From Candidatus Fermentibacterota bacterium (GTDB lineage Bacteria; JAFGKV01), in contig JAFGKV010000063.1 of assembly GCA_016928395.1 (NCBI GenBank), positions 1-64,000 of the forward strand: DNA of 64,000 nt, in the 5' to 3' direction. Shown here in pieces: positions 10,967 through 19,582 of this stretch. Position numbers and translations under genes: made by a program. Under the pieces are notes generated by a model. That model was not told the origin of the DNA. It searched no databases and was given only the letters and a program-made list of their open reading frames with translations. Each line of letters begins with the position of its first letter. Position 1 is the stretch's first letter.

Positions 10967-11764
10967 ATGAGCGAGACACGGTCTTCCTCACCTGCTGATC
11001 GGGCAGCTTCATGGCGAGTTATTCTTGATGGCGAGGCGTCACCGGGGTTCAACATGTCCTTGGATCAGGTCATCGCGGAATGTGTCGCCGGCGGCGAAAG
11101 CCCCCCGACCCTGCGGTTTTACGGATGGGATCGACCCGCGGTGTCCTTGGGCTACCACCAGAGTCCGGAGAAAGTATTGGACATGGCGGCCGTGAACGCA
11201 CATGCTCTGACGGTGGTGAAGAGACCGACGGGAGGCCGGGCGGTCTTGCATGGAGACGATTTGACCTATTCCGTGGCCTTGCCCGCGAATGGACCGTGGG
11301 CTGTCAGCGTGACCGAGGCGTACCGCATGCTCAGTGAGGCATTACAGCGAGGCTTCAGGCGAGCCGGTGTCGAGGTCACTCTCGCCCGGGGCCATCGTGG
11401 AGGACTCCGCCCGGGCCCGCTGCCCTGTTTCGCGAGCACCGCGCGCCACGAACTTGTGTGGAACGGCCGCAAGCTAGTGGGCAGCGCGCAGCGACGCCTT
11501 CGGGGGGGGTTGCTTCAGCAGGGGAGCATTCCTCTGGCGAGGGGCACCATCAGACTGGATGAACTGGTTCCTCCCGGCCAGAGAATCGAGGTTGAGGATC
11601 GATGGGCCACGGTGGAGGAGGCCGCCGGTCGCCCCGTGGACCGTCTACACCTGGCCCGCGAATTGGCCCATGGTTTCGGCGAGCAGTTCGGCGTTTCGTT
11701 GTGCTTCGAGTCGCCACGAATCGACGAGACCATTGCTGCCCAAAGGATTACGGCAACTCCATGA
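10967..11764 (+). CDS. Lipoate-protein ligase / LipM-like octanoyltransferase
   Basis: PPTLRFYGW, KRPTGGRAVLH, PCF, RKLVGSAQRR, LLQQGSI; adjacent to gcv genes. Start 10967 or 10901. Confidence 0.88.
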   Translation: MSETRSSSPADRAASWRVILDGEASPGFNMSLDQVIAECVAGGESPPTLRFYGWDRPAVSLGYHQSPEKVLDMAAVNAHALTVVKRPTGGRAVLHGDDLTYSVALPANGPWAVSVTEAYRMLSEALQRGFRRAGVEVTLARGHRGGLRPGPLPCFASTARHELVWNGRKLVGSAQRRLRGGLLQQGSIPLARGTIRLDELVPPGQRIEVEDRWATVEEAAGRPVDRLHLARELAHGFGEQFGVSLCFESPRIDETIAAQRITATP

Positions 11765-12153
11765 ACGGATTCGACATACCCAACGATCCGCAGAGAGCCC
11801 CTGAAGTACCGCTCCTGCTATCACGTCTCGCGAAGGAGATCGTCGATCGCAGCCTCACCGCTCCGGCGATGATGTTCCTGGAGTCAACCAAGCCCTTGAG
11901 TTTCCTGGGAAGCCAGATTATGGTGTTCTTCTCCCCGTTCGTGAAGGCGTTCTGGGATGGCGCAAGCTACGATCAGCTTTCCGCCCTCCTGGAAGACCGG
12001 GCGAACATCGAGATCCTGCTCCAGGAGATGGAGCGTCTTGAGGCGGAACGCTCGGCGATCCGAAAGGAAGAGAAAGCACGACGCAAGGCGGAGAAAGACC
12101 GCGTGAAGGCTCAGAAGAAGGAGAGACGGTTATGGCCGAAGAACGACAACTGA
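11761..12153 (+). CDS. Conserved hypothetical small helical protein
   Basis: ATGA overlap with upstream stop; PAMMFLESTKPLSFLGSQ and LEDRANIEILL segments; basic coiled tail overlaps the next gene. Confidence 0.75.
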   Translation: MNGFDIPNDPQRAPEVPLLLSRLAKEIVDRSLTAPAMMFLESTKPLSFLGSQIMVFFSPFVKAFWDGASYDQLSALLEDRANIEILLQEMERLEAERSAIRKEEKARRKAEKDRVKAQKKERRLWPKNDN

Positions 12154-13964
12154 ACCTCGCGGAGCTGAGGAGCATCCTTGCCACCGATTGTGGCAGCACG
12201 ACCACCAAGGCGATCCTCATCGAGAAGGAAGCTGATGAGTACCGGCTGAAAGTGCGCGGCGAGGCGCCCACCACGGTGGAAAGGCCCGCCGAAGACGTGA
12301 CGAGGGGTGTGCTCAATGCCGTGAGCGAGGTGGAGGAGCTCACGAACCGCACCATCCTTGACGGCGAGATCATCATAAAACCCCGCACCGAAACGAAAGG
12401 AGTCGATATCTATATTTCGACCTCCAGCGCCGGGGGAGGGCTGCAGATGATGGTGGCGGGGGTGGTGAAGAGCATGACCGGGGAAAGCGCCCAGCGTGCC
12501 GCGCTGGGCGCTGGCGCCATCGTGATGGATGTACTCGCATCGAATGACGGCCGCCTGCCCCACCAGCAGATCGAGCGTATCCGCAATCTCAGACCTGACA
12601 TGATCCTCCTCTCCGGAGGAATTGACGGAGGGACAACCACCCATGTCGCGGAACTGGCGGAAATCATCTCCGCCGCAGATCCCAAGCCCCGGCTCGGCCA
12701 CGGCTACAAGCTTCCGGTGATCTATGCGGGAAATGCTCAGGCGCGCGACATCGTGCGGGATATTCTGGGCAACAAGGTCGAACTGTTCATCGTCGACAAT
12801 TTGAGACCGGTGTTGGAACGGGAGAATCTCGGCCCGGCCCGCGAGAAGATCCATGAGCTCTTCATGGAGCACGTCATGCAGCAGGCGCCTGGTTATGCCA
12901 AGCTCATGCAGTGGACCGATGTGCCCATCATGCCGACCCCAGGAGCCGTGGGCCTCATCATCCAGACCATCGCCCGCCAACACGGCATCGATGTCGTCGG
13001 AGTCGACATCGGCGGCGCCACCACCGATGTGTTCAGTGTGTTCTCGGACACGTTTAACCGCACAGTGAGCGCCAATCTCGGAATGAGCTACTCGGTCTCC
13101 AACGTATTCGCCGAGACGGGCCTGGACAATGTCATGCGCTGGGTCCCATTCGACATGGATGAACTGGATCTCCGTAACCGCATAAAGAACAAGATGATTA
13201 GACCGACCACCATCCCGCAGCTCATGGAGGAGTTGATCGTCGAGCAGGCCATCTCCCGGGAGGCGCTGCGGCTGGCGTTCATTCAGCACAAGTCATTTGC
13301 CGTGGGATTGAAAGGCGTCCAGCAGGAGCGGACGATCTCCGACACCTTCGAGCAGAAAGGCTCCGGCGAGACGCTGGTCAACATGATGAGCCTGAAACTC
13401 CTGGTCGGCTCCGGCGGCGTTCTCTCCCATGCCCCTCGACGCAACCAGGCTGCGATGATGCTCGTTGATGCCTTCCTGCCCGAGGGATTCACGCATCTGG
13501 CGGTTGACTCCATCTTCATGATGCCTCAGTTGGGCGTACTGTCAACGGTGCACCCGGATGCCGCGACCCAGGTGTTCGAGCGCGATTGCCTCATCCATTT
13601 GGGTACCTGCATCGCCCCGGTGGGCCCTGGCAAGCCTGGCAAGACGGCTCTGGAACTCGATATCGAGCTTCCCGGCGGTTCGACTCATGTCGAGATGGAG
13701 TATGGGAAGATGAAGCTGATCCCACTGGGGGTCGGCGAGAAGGCCATGGTGAGGGCCCGGCCCGGCAAGGGGCTGGACCTCGGTGCCGGCAGGGGCGCCG
13801 AGATGAGCGAGGAGGTCGAGGGTGGTGTCGTGGGCATCATTCTGGACACGCGGGGGAGGAATCCTTTCGTACTGCCCGTGGATGCCAAGGAACGGGTGCC
13901 GAAGCTCGTTGAATGGATCGCTGCCCTGGATGCCTATCCGGCGGCTGCGCTGCAGCGGCACTAA
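12132..13964 (+). CDS. GlmL (glutamate mutase L)-like ASKHA-fold ATPase
   Basis: ATDCGSTTTK, SSAGGGLQM, LSGGIDGG, MPTPGAV, GVDIGGATTDVFS, RTVSANLGM. Confidence 0.85.
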   Translation: MAEERQLNLAELRSILATDCGSTTTKAILIEKEADEYRLKVRGEAPTTVERPAEDVTRGVLNAVSEVEELTNRTILDGEIIIKPRTETKGVDIYISTSSAGGGLQMMVAGVVKSMTGESAQRAALGAGAIVMDVLASNDGRLPHQQIERIRNLRPDMILLSGGIDGGTTTHVAELAEIISAADPKPRLGHGYKLPVIYAGNAQARDIVRDILGNKVELFIVDNLRPVLERENLGPAREKIHELFMEHVMQQAPGYAKLMQWTDVPIMPTPGAVGLIIQTIARQHGIDVVGVDIGGATTDVFSVFSDTFNRTVSANLGMSYSVSNVFAETGLDNVMRWVPFDMDELDLRNRIKNKMIRPTTIPQLMEELIVEQAISREALRLAFIQHKSFAVGLKGVQQERTISDTFEQKGSGETLVNMMSLKLLVGSGGVLSHAPRRNQAAMMLVDAFLPEGFTHLAVDSIFMMPQLGVLSTVHPDAATQVFERDCLIHLGTCIAPVGPGKPGKTALELDIELPGGSTHVEMEYGKMKLIPLGVGEKAMVRARPGKGLDLGAGRGAEMSEEVEGGVVGIILDTRGRNPFVLPVDAKERVPKLVEWIAALDAYPAAALQRH

Positions 13965-14011
13965 CGGCATGCACACCCATGGATACACAGTGCATCGATA
14001 GGAGGTGAGTC

Positions 14012-15139
14012 GTGGCTCATGCATATACACCAGGATTGAGGGTTGCCGACCTCACCATCGTCCAGAAGGAGCGCCGGCTGCCGTTACCCGGACAGGTGCT
14101 GGTGAATGTCGGCGACAGGGTGACTGCGACTCAGGTCGTAGCACGCACCGAGCTTCCGGGGAATGTCGAGAGTGTCAACGTCGCCAATCGTTTGGGCGTC
14201 CCCCCGGAAGATGTGCCCCACTGCATGCTGAAGAAGGAAGGCGACCCCGTCCAGAAGGGCGAAATCATGGCCCAGAGCAAGAGCTTCTTCGGCTTGTTCA
14301 AATCATCGTGCCAGGCAACGGTCGACGGCACCGTTGAGACAGTGTCCTCCGTAACGGGACAGGTACTCCTCCGAGAGCCCCCCATGCCGGTAGAAGTCCG
14401 GGCCTATGTAGATGGCGTCGTTACCGAGGTGCTGCCCCGGGAGGGTGTGATCGTCGAGACCCCCGCGACCTTCATCCAAGGAATCTTCGGCATCGGCGCT
14501 GAAACTCAAGGTGAACTGGTCATGGTAGCCAGTAGCTCGGATGAGGTGCTCGAGGCCGACCGCCTCACCGAGGCGGTACGCGGCAAGGTCGCGGTTGGCG
14601 GATCGCTGGTGACCGCGGCGGCCATCCGCAAGGCCATCGCCGTCGGCGCCAAAGGGATTATCGCCGGAGGCCTTCACGACAAAGACCTGCGGGAGTTTCT
14701 GGGATATGATCTCGGCGTCGCTATCACCGGTAACGAGGACAAGGGGATCACCCTGATTGTCACGGAAGGATTCGGCACTATCAGAATGGCAGAAGGGACT
14801 TTTGCATTGCTCAAGCGATGCGAGGGGATGGAATGCTCGATGAACGGGGCAACGCAAATTCGGGCCGGCGTGATCCGGCCGGAGGTCGTCATTCCCCGAC
14901 GCGACGAGCAGGTCGACGTCGATGGAGACGCCCGGGAGGGAGCCGGCAACATGGTGATCGGGAGCCCTGTCCGGGCTATTCGTGAGCCCTATTTCGGCCG
15001 CCTCGGCACAGTAAGTGCTCTGCCCTCAGAGCTGCAGCGTGTCGAATCCGAGACCATGGTGCGCGTCCTCGAGGTGCAGTTCGATGACGGCACCCGGGCC
15101 GTGGTCCCCCGCGCCAACGTGGAACTCATCGAGAAATAG
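14012..15139 (+). CDS. Uncharacterised protein with barrel-sandwich-hybrid-like motifs and C-terminal KOW/SH3-like region
   Basis: VLVNVGDRVTATQVVA and LKKEGDPVQKGEIMA motifs; C-terminal VRAIREPYFGRLGTV...VVPRANVELI; GGAGG RBS before GTG. Confidence 0.75.
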   Translation: MAHAYTPGLRVADLTIVQKERRLPLPGQVLVNVGDRVTATQVVARTELPGNVESVNVANRLGVPPEDVPHCMLKKEGDPVQKGEIMAQSKSFFGLFKSSCQATVDGTVETVSSVTGQVLLREPPMPVEVRAYVDGVVTEVLPREGVIVETPATFIQGIFGIGAETQGELVMVASSSDEVLEADRLTEAVRGKVAVGGSLVTAAAIRKAIAVGAKGIIAGGLHDKDLREFLGYDLGVAITGNEDKGITLIVTEGFGTIRMAEGTFALLKRCEGMECSMNGATQIRAGVIRPEVVIPRRDEQVDVDGDAREGAGNMVIGSPVRAIREPYFGRLGTVSALPSELQRVESETMVRVLEVQFDDGTRAVVPRANVELIEK

Positions 15140-15194
15140 GGCGAGCCTCCACGCATCTTGAACGAGACGCCTCCGGGCGTCATGGAGGGCCGGC

Positions 15195-16430
15195 ATGAGC
15201 CCGACGCTCATCTCCAGCCTCTTGGCAGGGTTCTTGGTTGGTGTGGTTCTCGGGCTCATCCTGCTGCGCGTAGGCCCACCGCGCCAGGCCAAAACGAGCC
15301 GTGAGGAAGACGCGGCAGCGTGGGCGTCGGTGCTCAATCAGGCCGTACGAGAGATGAAGACACGCCAGGTCACGGCGGACTCTCAGCGTGAGGATGCAGA
15401 GCACCGGGCAATACACACCGAAATGCTCTACCGGATGATCCTGGACGCGGTACCCAACGGAGTCGTAGCTTTCGACACCTCCGGTGCGGTGGTCACCGCC
15501 AATCCGGTGGCTCGCCGCCTCCTGGGGATAGACAAGACCAATGCGGTGGAGATGCCCCCCACTCTGGCGAGCTATCTCAGATCGGCTTTGAACGGGTCGA
15601 CTCCTCCCTACGTGGAAACCGACCTTTTGGTTGGGCATGCCGTCGTGCCTGTCGGCGTCCAGATCCGCCCGCTGTCCGTGAGTACGGCGACACCCGGCGC
15701 GGTTATGGTAGTCGCTGAACTGGCCGAACTCCGGCGGCTGCAAACCCGTGCCCGGCTCATGGAGGATCTGGCCGATCTGGGGCAGCTCACCGCGGGCATC
15801 GCCCATGAGTTTCGTAACGCCTCAGGAACCCTTCGGGCATCGGCCCAGTTTCTGGCAGACAAGGTCGACGGAGCGGCCAAGGAGGCGGTACACGATCTTC
15901 TTGAAGAGACAGACAAGCTCGCGCGTGTCACGACCGAGTTGCTTGATTTCGCGAAACCCTGGGACCGAGGCATCGAGTCGGTCGAGTTGGATCCCCTGAT
16001 TCGTCAGGTGTCCGGCCAGCTTGGGGCAGCCTTTCCCTCGCACCCGGTGGAACTGCGGCTCACCTGCCCCACACGTTCAGTGATGGGCAAAGGCACACTA
16101 CTGGCCCGAGTGATCGATAATCTCATTCGTAACGCCGCCGAAGCCAACCCGCCAGGTGCGCAGATCAGGGTGGAATCATCCTCGACCCGCGACGAAGGCG
16201 GCTCATGGCTCGTGGTGACGGTTATGGACCGCGGCTGCGGTCTTGCCTGGGGTGATGCGGAGGAGGCCTTCCTCCCCTTTCGAAGCACTAAGCCTGGCGG
16301 CACTGGCATGGGTCTAACTCTGGCGAGGAAGATAGCCCGCCTGCACGGCGGCACGCTGACCCTAACCAATCGTGATGGAGGCGGTGCCGTCGCGACGCTC
16401 AGGCTGCCATTCGGCGACGAAGAGGTATGA
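15195..16430 (+). CDS. Sensor histidine kinase (single TM, PAS-like, HisKA, HATPase)
   Basis: LGQLTAGIAHEFRN, NLIRNAAEA, DRGCG, AFLPFRSTKPGGTGMGL. Confidence 0.92.
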   Translation: MSPTLISSLLAGFLVGVVLGLILLRVGPPRQAKTSREEDAAAWASVLNQAVREMKTRQVTADSQREDAEHRAIHTEMLYRMILDAVPNGVVAFDTSGAVVTANPVARRLLGIDKTNAVEMPPTLASYLRSALNGSTPPYVETDLLVGHAVVPVGVQIRPLSVSTATPGAVMVVAELAELRRLQTRARLMEDLADLGQLTAGIAHEFRNASGTLRASAQFLADKVDGAAKEAVHDLLEETDKLARVTTELLDFAKPWDRGIESVELDPLIRQVSGQLGAAFPSHPVELRLTCPTRSVMGKGTLLARVIDNLIRNAAEANPPGAQIRVESSSTRDEGGSWLVVTVMDRGCGLAWGDAEEAFLPFRSTKPGGTGMGLTLARKIARLHGGTLTLTNRDGGGAVATLRLPFGDEEV

Positions 16431-16626
16431 CATATCACTCGGGCGAGGCCGACGGCATGCACATGCGCCGAGTGTTAAAGCGATACGACAATGGCAACGG
16501 CCGACGCACCTCTGCAACACGGAAAATCCCAGGGACGGGGCTCGCAGAGAGCGACGCGACGCCCCCCTGCGGCCGCGGGTATCGGGAAGTCACACGGGCG
16601 ATGGCCCACGCGTGGCTCAGCAAGGA

Positions 16627-16956
16627 TTAGTGGTCGTGGGCATTCAGGTTGATGATGCAATATCCGTCGAAATCGTAAGGAGCCCCAAACGGGCACGATG
16701 GAATGACCGGCACGAATTCCGGGGCCAAATCCTGCAACGAAGCGGCCACTTCTCCGTTGCCAGCCAAGTACATGGATGCCGCGCTGTTCAGGGTTGAGAT
16801 GTTCCCATGGCACTTGGCCAGCTTGGCAGTATCCGTCACTTCAAGATACCGGGGAAGCAACAGCGCCGTCAGAATCATGATGACGGCGCAGATCACCATC
16901 AGTTCAACCAGTGTGAACCCTTGTTGGCCACCTCTGCAAAAGGGCTGGAACATCAT
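16627..16956 (-). CDS. Type IV pilin / pseudopilin-like protein
   Basis: Class III signal QQG|FTLVELMVICAVIMILTALLLP with Glu at +5; short Cys-containing C-terminal domain. Confidence 0.88.
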   Translation of the reverse strand: MMFQPFCRGGQQGFTLVELMVICAVIMILTALLLPRYLEVTDTAKLAKCHGNISTLNSAASMYLAGNGEVAASLQDLAPEFVPVIPSCPFGAPYDFDGYCIINLNAHDH

Positions 16957-17044
16957 GTGGATCACTCCCATAGGTGAGAGGCACGAGACGACCGGCAGCA
17001 CATACCACGAACTCCGGAGACCTCACTGCGGTCAATGGTCCTCC

Positions 17045-17060
17045 TGCAATTCTCGGACCG
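17045..17060 (-). promoter_or_regulatory. Candidate sigma54 -24/-12 promoter for the pilin gene
   Basis: Minus strand CGGTCCGAGAATTGCA = GG-N10-GC with perfect TTGCA, about 90 nt upstream of the pilin start. Confidence 0.6.
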
Positions 17061-17111
17061 CCTTCTTCGCAATGCCTTTTTCCCTTCGTGCAGCGATTTC
17101 GGAGGCTGGTC

Positions 17112-18518
17112 ATGAGTGATCGGTCGCAGAGTGCCCGGGCAAAAGTACTCCTGGTTGAGGATCGCGAGACCCTGCGAAGATCCTTCGCCCGCCTGCTGAC
17201 CGAACGCTCATACGAGGTCCAGGAAGCGCCCGATCTGGCCCGCGCCCGTGCCGAGTTGGAGAATCATCCCCCCGATGTGGTGCTCACTGATCTCAAGCTC
17301 CCCGACGGCGAGGGTACCGAACTACTCTCACTGTGCCAGCAACTCCCCAAGCCACCTCCGGTGATTCTCCTTACCGCGTACGGTTCAGTGGAAACCGCGG
17401 TGCAGGCAATGCGGCGGGGCGCATACGACTTTCTCACCAAGCCGGTAGACTCGGAGCACCTTCTGCTCGTGACCCAACGCGCACTGCAGGATTCCGCCCG
17501 CCGGTGGCGCCTGGAGGCCTTGGCTTCGGTAGAAGACGAACCCACCCTTCTCGGCGATAATGCTCCCTTCCGAGAAGTCGTGCATCGCGCGTGCACTGCT
17601 GCGGCGACCGACACCACCGTTCTCCTTCTGGGAGAGAGTGGCACTGGGAAGGAGCTGCTGGCGCGCCTTATTCACCAGCGCAGCACGCGAAAGGATGGTG
17701 TGTTTGTGCCGGTCAACTGCGCGGCTATATCGGCTTCTCTGGCCGAGAGCGCCCTCTTCGGCCATGAACGCGGCGCATTCACCGGAGCCCGTGAACGCCA
17801 CCGCGGCTGGTTCGAGCTCGCCCACGGAGGCACGCTCTTCCTCGATGAAATCGGCGACCTTGAGCATGGGCTCCAGGGCAAGTTCCTCCGTGTCTTGGAG
17901 GACGGGATGCTGCAGCGGGTGGGTGGTTCCCAGTGGCTGAAGGTCAATGTCCGCGTCATCGCGGCCAGCAACCGCGACCTCAGCACCGATGTTGCAGCGG
18001 GCCGGTTCCGTAGCGACCTCTACTACCGTCTCGCCGTATTCCCCCTGGTGTTGCCGCCTTTGCGAGAGCGCCTCGATGACATCCCGATCCTCGCGCTTCA
18101 TCTCCTGAACCGCCATTCCAAGGCCTTGGGACGAGGACAGCTCTCCCTGAGTGTCTCTGCGCTGGACGCATTGGCGCACTACCATTGGCCCGGGAACATA
18201 CGGGAGCTGGCCAATGTCCTGGAAAGAACTGCGATTCTCGCCCGGGAACCGCTAATCACCCCCGAGATGCTGCCGCCTCTGCAGCGGCTTTCCGTCGAGA
18301 CCGTTCCCGGGGAGGACCTGAGTCTGCCGCGCCAAGTTGCCGCCGTGGTCGAAAGAGTCGAGCGTGAGGCGATCACCCGCGCCCTGCGGAAGACCTCCGG
18401 TCGAAGAAGTGAGGCGGCGCGCCTGCTGGGAATCACCTATCGGACTTTGCTCAACAAACTCAACTCCTATGACATGGAATCCCCGAAGGGAGCCCCGCAT
18501 ACTCGTGGAGGAGAATGA
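17112..18518 (+). CDS. Sigma54-dependent response regulator (NtrC/PilR family)
   Basis: Receiver domain (LLVED, TDLKLPD, KP), GESGTGKE, GAFTGA, LFLDEIG, C-terminal Fis-type HTH. Confidence 0.96.
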   Translation: MSDRSQSARAKVLLVEDRETLRRSFARLLTERSYEVQEAPDLARARAELENHPPDVVLTDLKLPDGEGTELLSLCQQLPKPPPVILLTAYGSVETAVQAMRRGAYDFLTKPVDSEHLLLVTQRALQDSARRWRLEALASVEDEPTLLGDNAPFREVVHRACTAAATDTTVLLLGESGTGKELLARLIHQRSTRKDGVFVPVNCAAISASLAESALFGHERGAFTGARERHRGWFELAHGGTLFLDEIGDLEHGLQGKFLRVLEDGMLQRVGGSQWLKVNVRVIAASNRDLSTDVAAGRFRSDLYYRLAVFPLVLPPLRERLDDIPILALHLLNRHSKALGRGQLSLSVSALDALAHYHWPGNIRELANVLERTAILAREPLITPEMLPPLQRLSVETVPGEDLSLPRQVAAVVERVEREAITRALRKTSGRRSEAARLLGITYRTLLNKLNSYDMESPKGAPHTRGGE

Positions 18519-19507
18519 TGGCTGTTGATCCCGTGACCCTGAAGGGTCGTGACTACCTTCTCACTGCAGATTGGACCCGTGACGAACTGGATACTGCCCT
18601 GGAATGGTCGGGGCGCCTCAAGGAACTGCGCAGGGTGGCCTTGCCTCATCGAATGCTGGAGTCCAAGACCGTCTTTTTGCTCTTTTTCGACAAGTCAACC
18701 CGGACCAGGAACTCATTCGAGGCAGGAATCACCCAGCTGGGCGGCCATGCGCATTTCATCGCCGCCGAGACCTCGCAGATCGCCCATGGCGAGAGCCCGA
18801 AGGACATGGGGATCATCCTCTCCACCTACGGTGAGGCCATCGCGATTAGGCACGATCTTGTCCCGGGGGAGGGTCACTCCTACATGCGCGAAGTGGCCCA
18901 TTACGCCTCGATTCCGGTGCTCAACATGCAGTGTGATGTGGATCATCCGTTCCAGACCCTGGCAGACCTCATGACAATTCGGGAACATTTCGGCAGCGAT
19001 GTCCGCGGCCTCAGGGTCGCGGTGACCTGGGCCTACGCCCCTTCCTATGCCAAGCCACTCAGCGTGCCCCAGGGTTTGCTCATGTTGCTGCCTCGTTTCG
19101 GTATTGATGTGACTCTGGCCCACCCGCCCGAGTACACGCTGTTGCCTGAAGCCTTGGAACTGGCACACAAGGGCGCTGCCGAGGGTGGCGGCCGCATCAT
19201 CGTTGCCCCCTCCATGGAGGAGGCTGCCGAAGGTGCGCACGTGGTCTACGCCAAGAGCTGGGGTGCGGCCAACTTGATGAAACAACCCGACGAGGCCTTG
19301 GCACTTTCCAGGAAGTATGCCCACTGGATCTGTGATGAACGCATCATGTCCATAGCAGGTCCGGAATCCACCTATATGCACTGCCTACCCGCCGACCGAG
19401 GTAATGAAGTCACCGATGCAGTACTCGACGGCCCTCGATCACTCATCTACCCGGAAGCCGAGAATCGCTTGCACACCTGCAAAGCCATCATGGCACTGGT
19501 GATGTAG
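18515..19507 (+). CDS. Carbamoyltransferase of the OTC family, YgeW-like (knotted type)
   Basis: KSTRTRNSFE, DHPFQTLAD, VTWAYAPSYAKPLSVPQG, YMHCLPADRG, EAENRLHT. Confidence 0.85.
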   Translation: MMAVDPVTLKGRDYLLTADWTRDELDTALEWSGRLKELRRVALPHRMLESKTVFLLFFDKSTRTRNSFEAGITQLGGHAHFIAAETSQIAHGESPKDMGIILSTYGEAIAIRHDLVPGEGHSYMREVAHYASIPVLNMQCDVDHPFQTLADLMTIREHFGSDVRGLRVAVTWAYAPSYAKPLSVPQGLLMLLPRFGIDVTLAHPPEYTLLPEALELAHKGAAEGGGRIIVAPSMEEAAEGAHVVYAKSWGAANLMKQPDEALALSRKYAHWICDERIMSIAGPESTYMHCLPADRGNEVTDAVLDGPRSLIYPEAENRLHTCKAIMALVM

Positions 19508-19582
19508 ACTCGCGCGTGGTCTGGCGCCCGAGGCTCTTGTGCACCTGGGTCAAAGAACCTTTCGTTCTGGCTTGGGGTATCG

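Noticed and set aside
12111-13289. Long antisense ORFs (this 392-aa one, also 17385-18185, 34127-34984, 35805-36716, 39075-39989)
   Set aside because: They are shadow frames of well-supported genes in GC-rich DNA and show no recognisable motifs.
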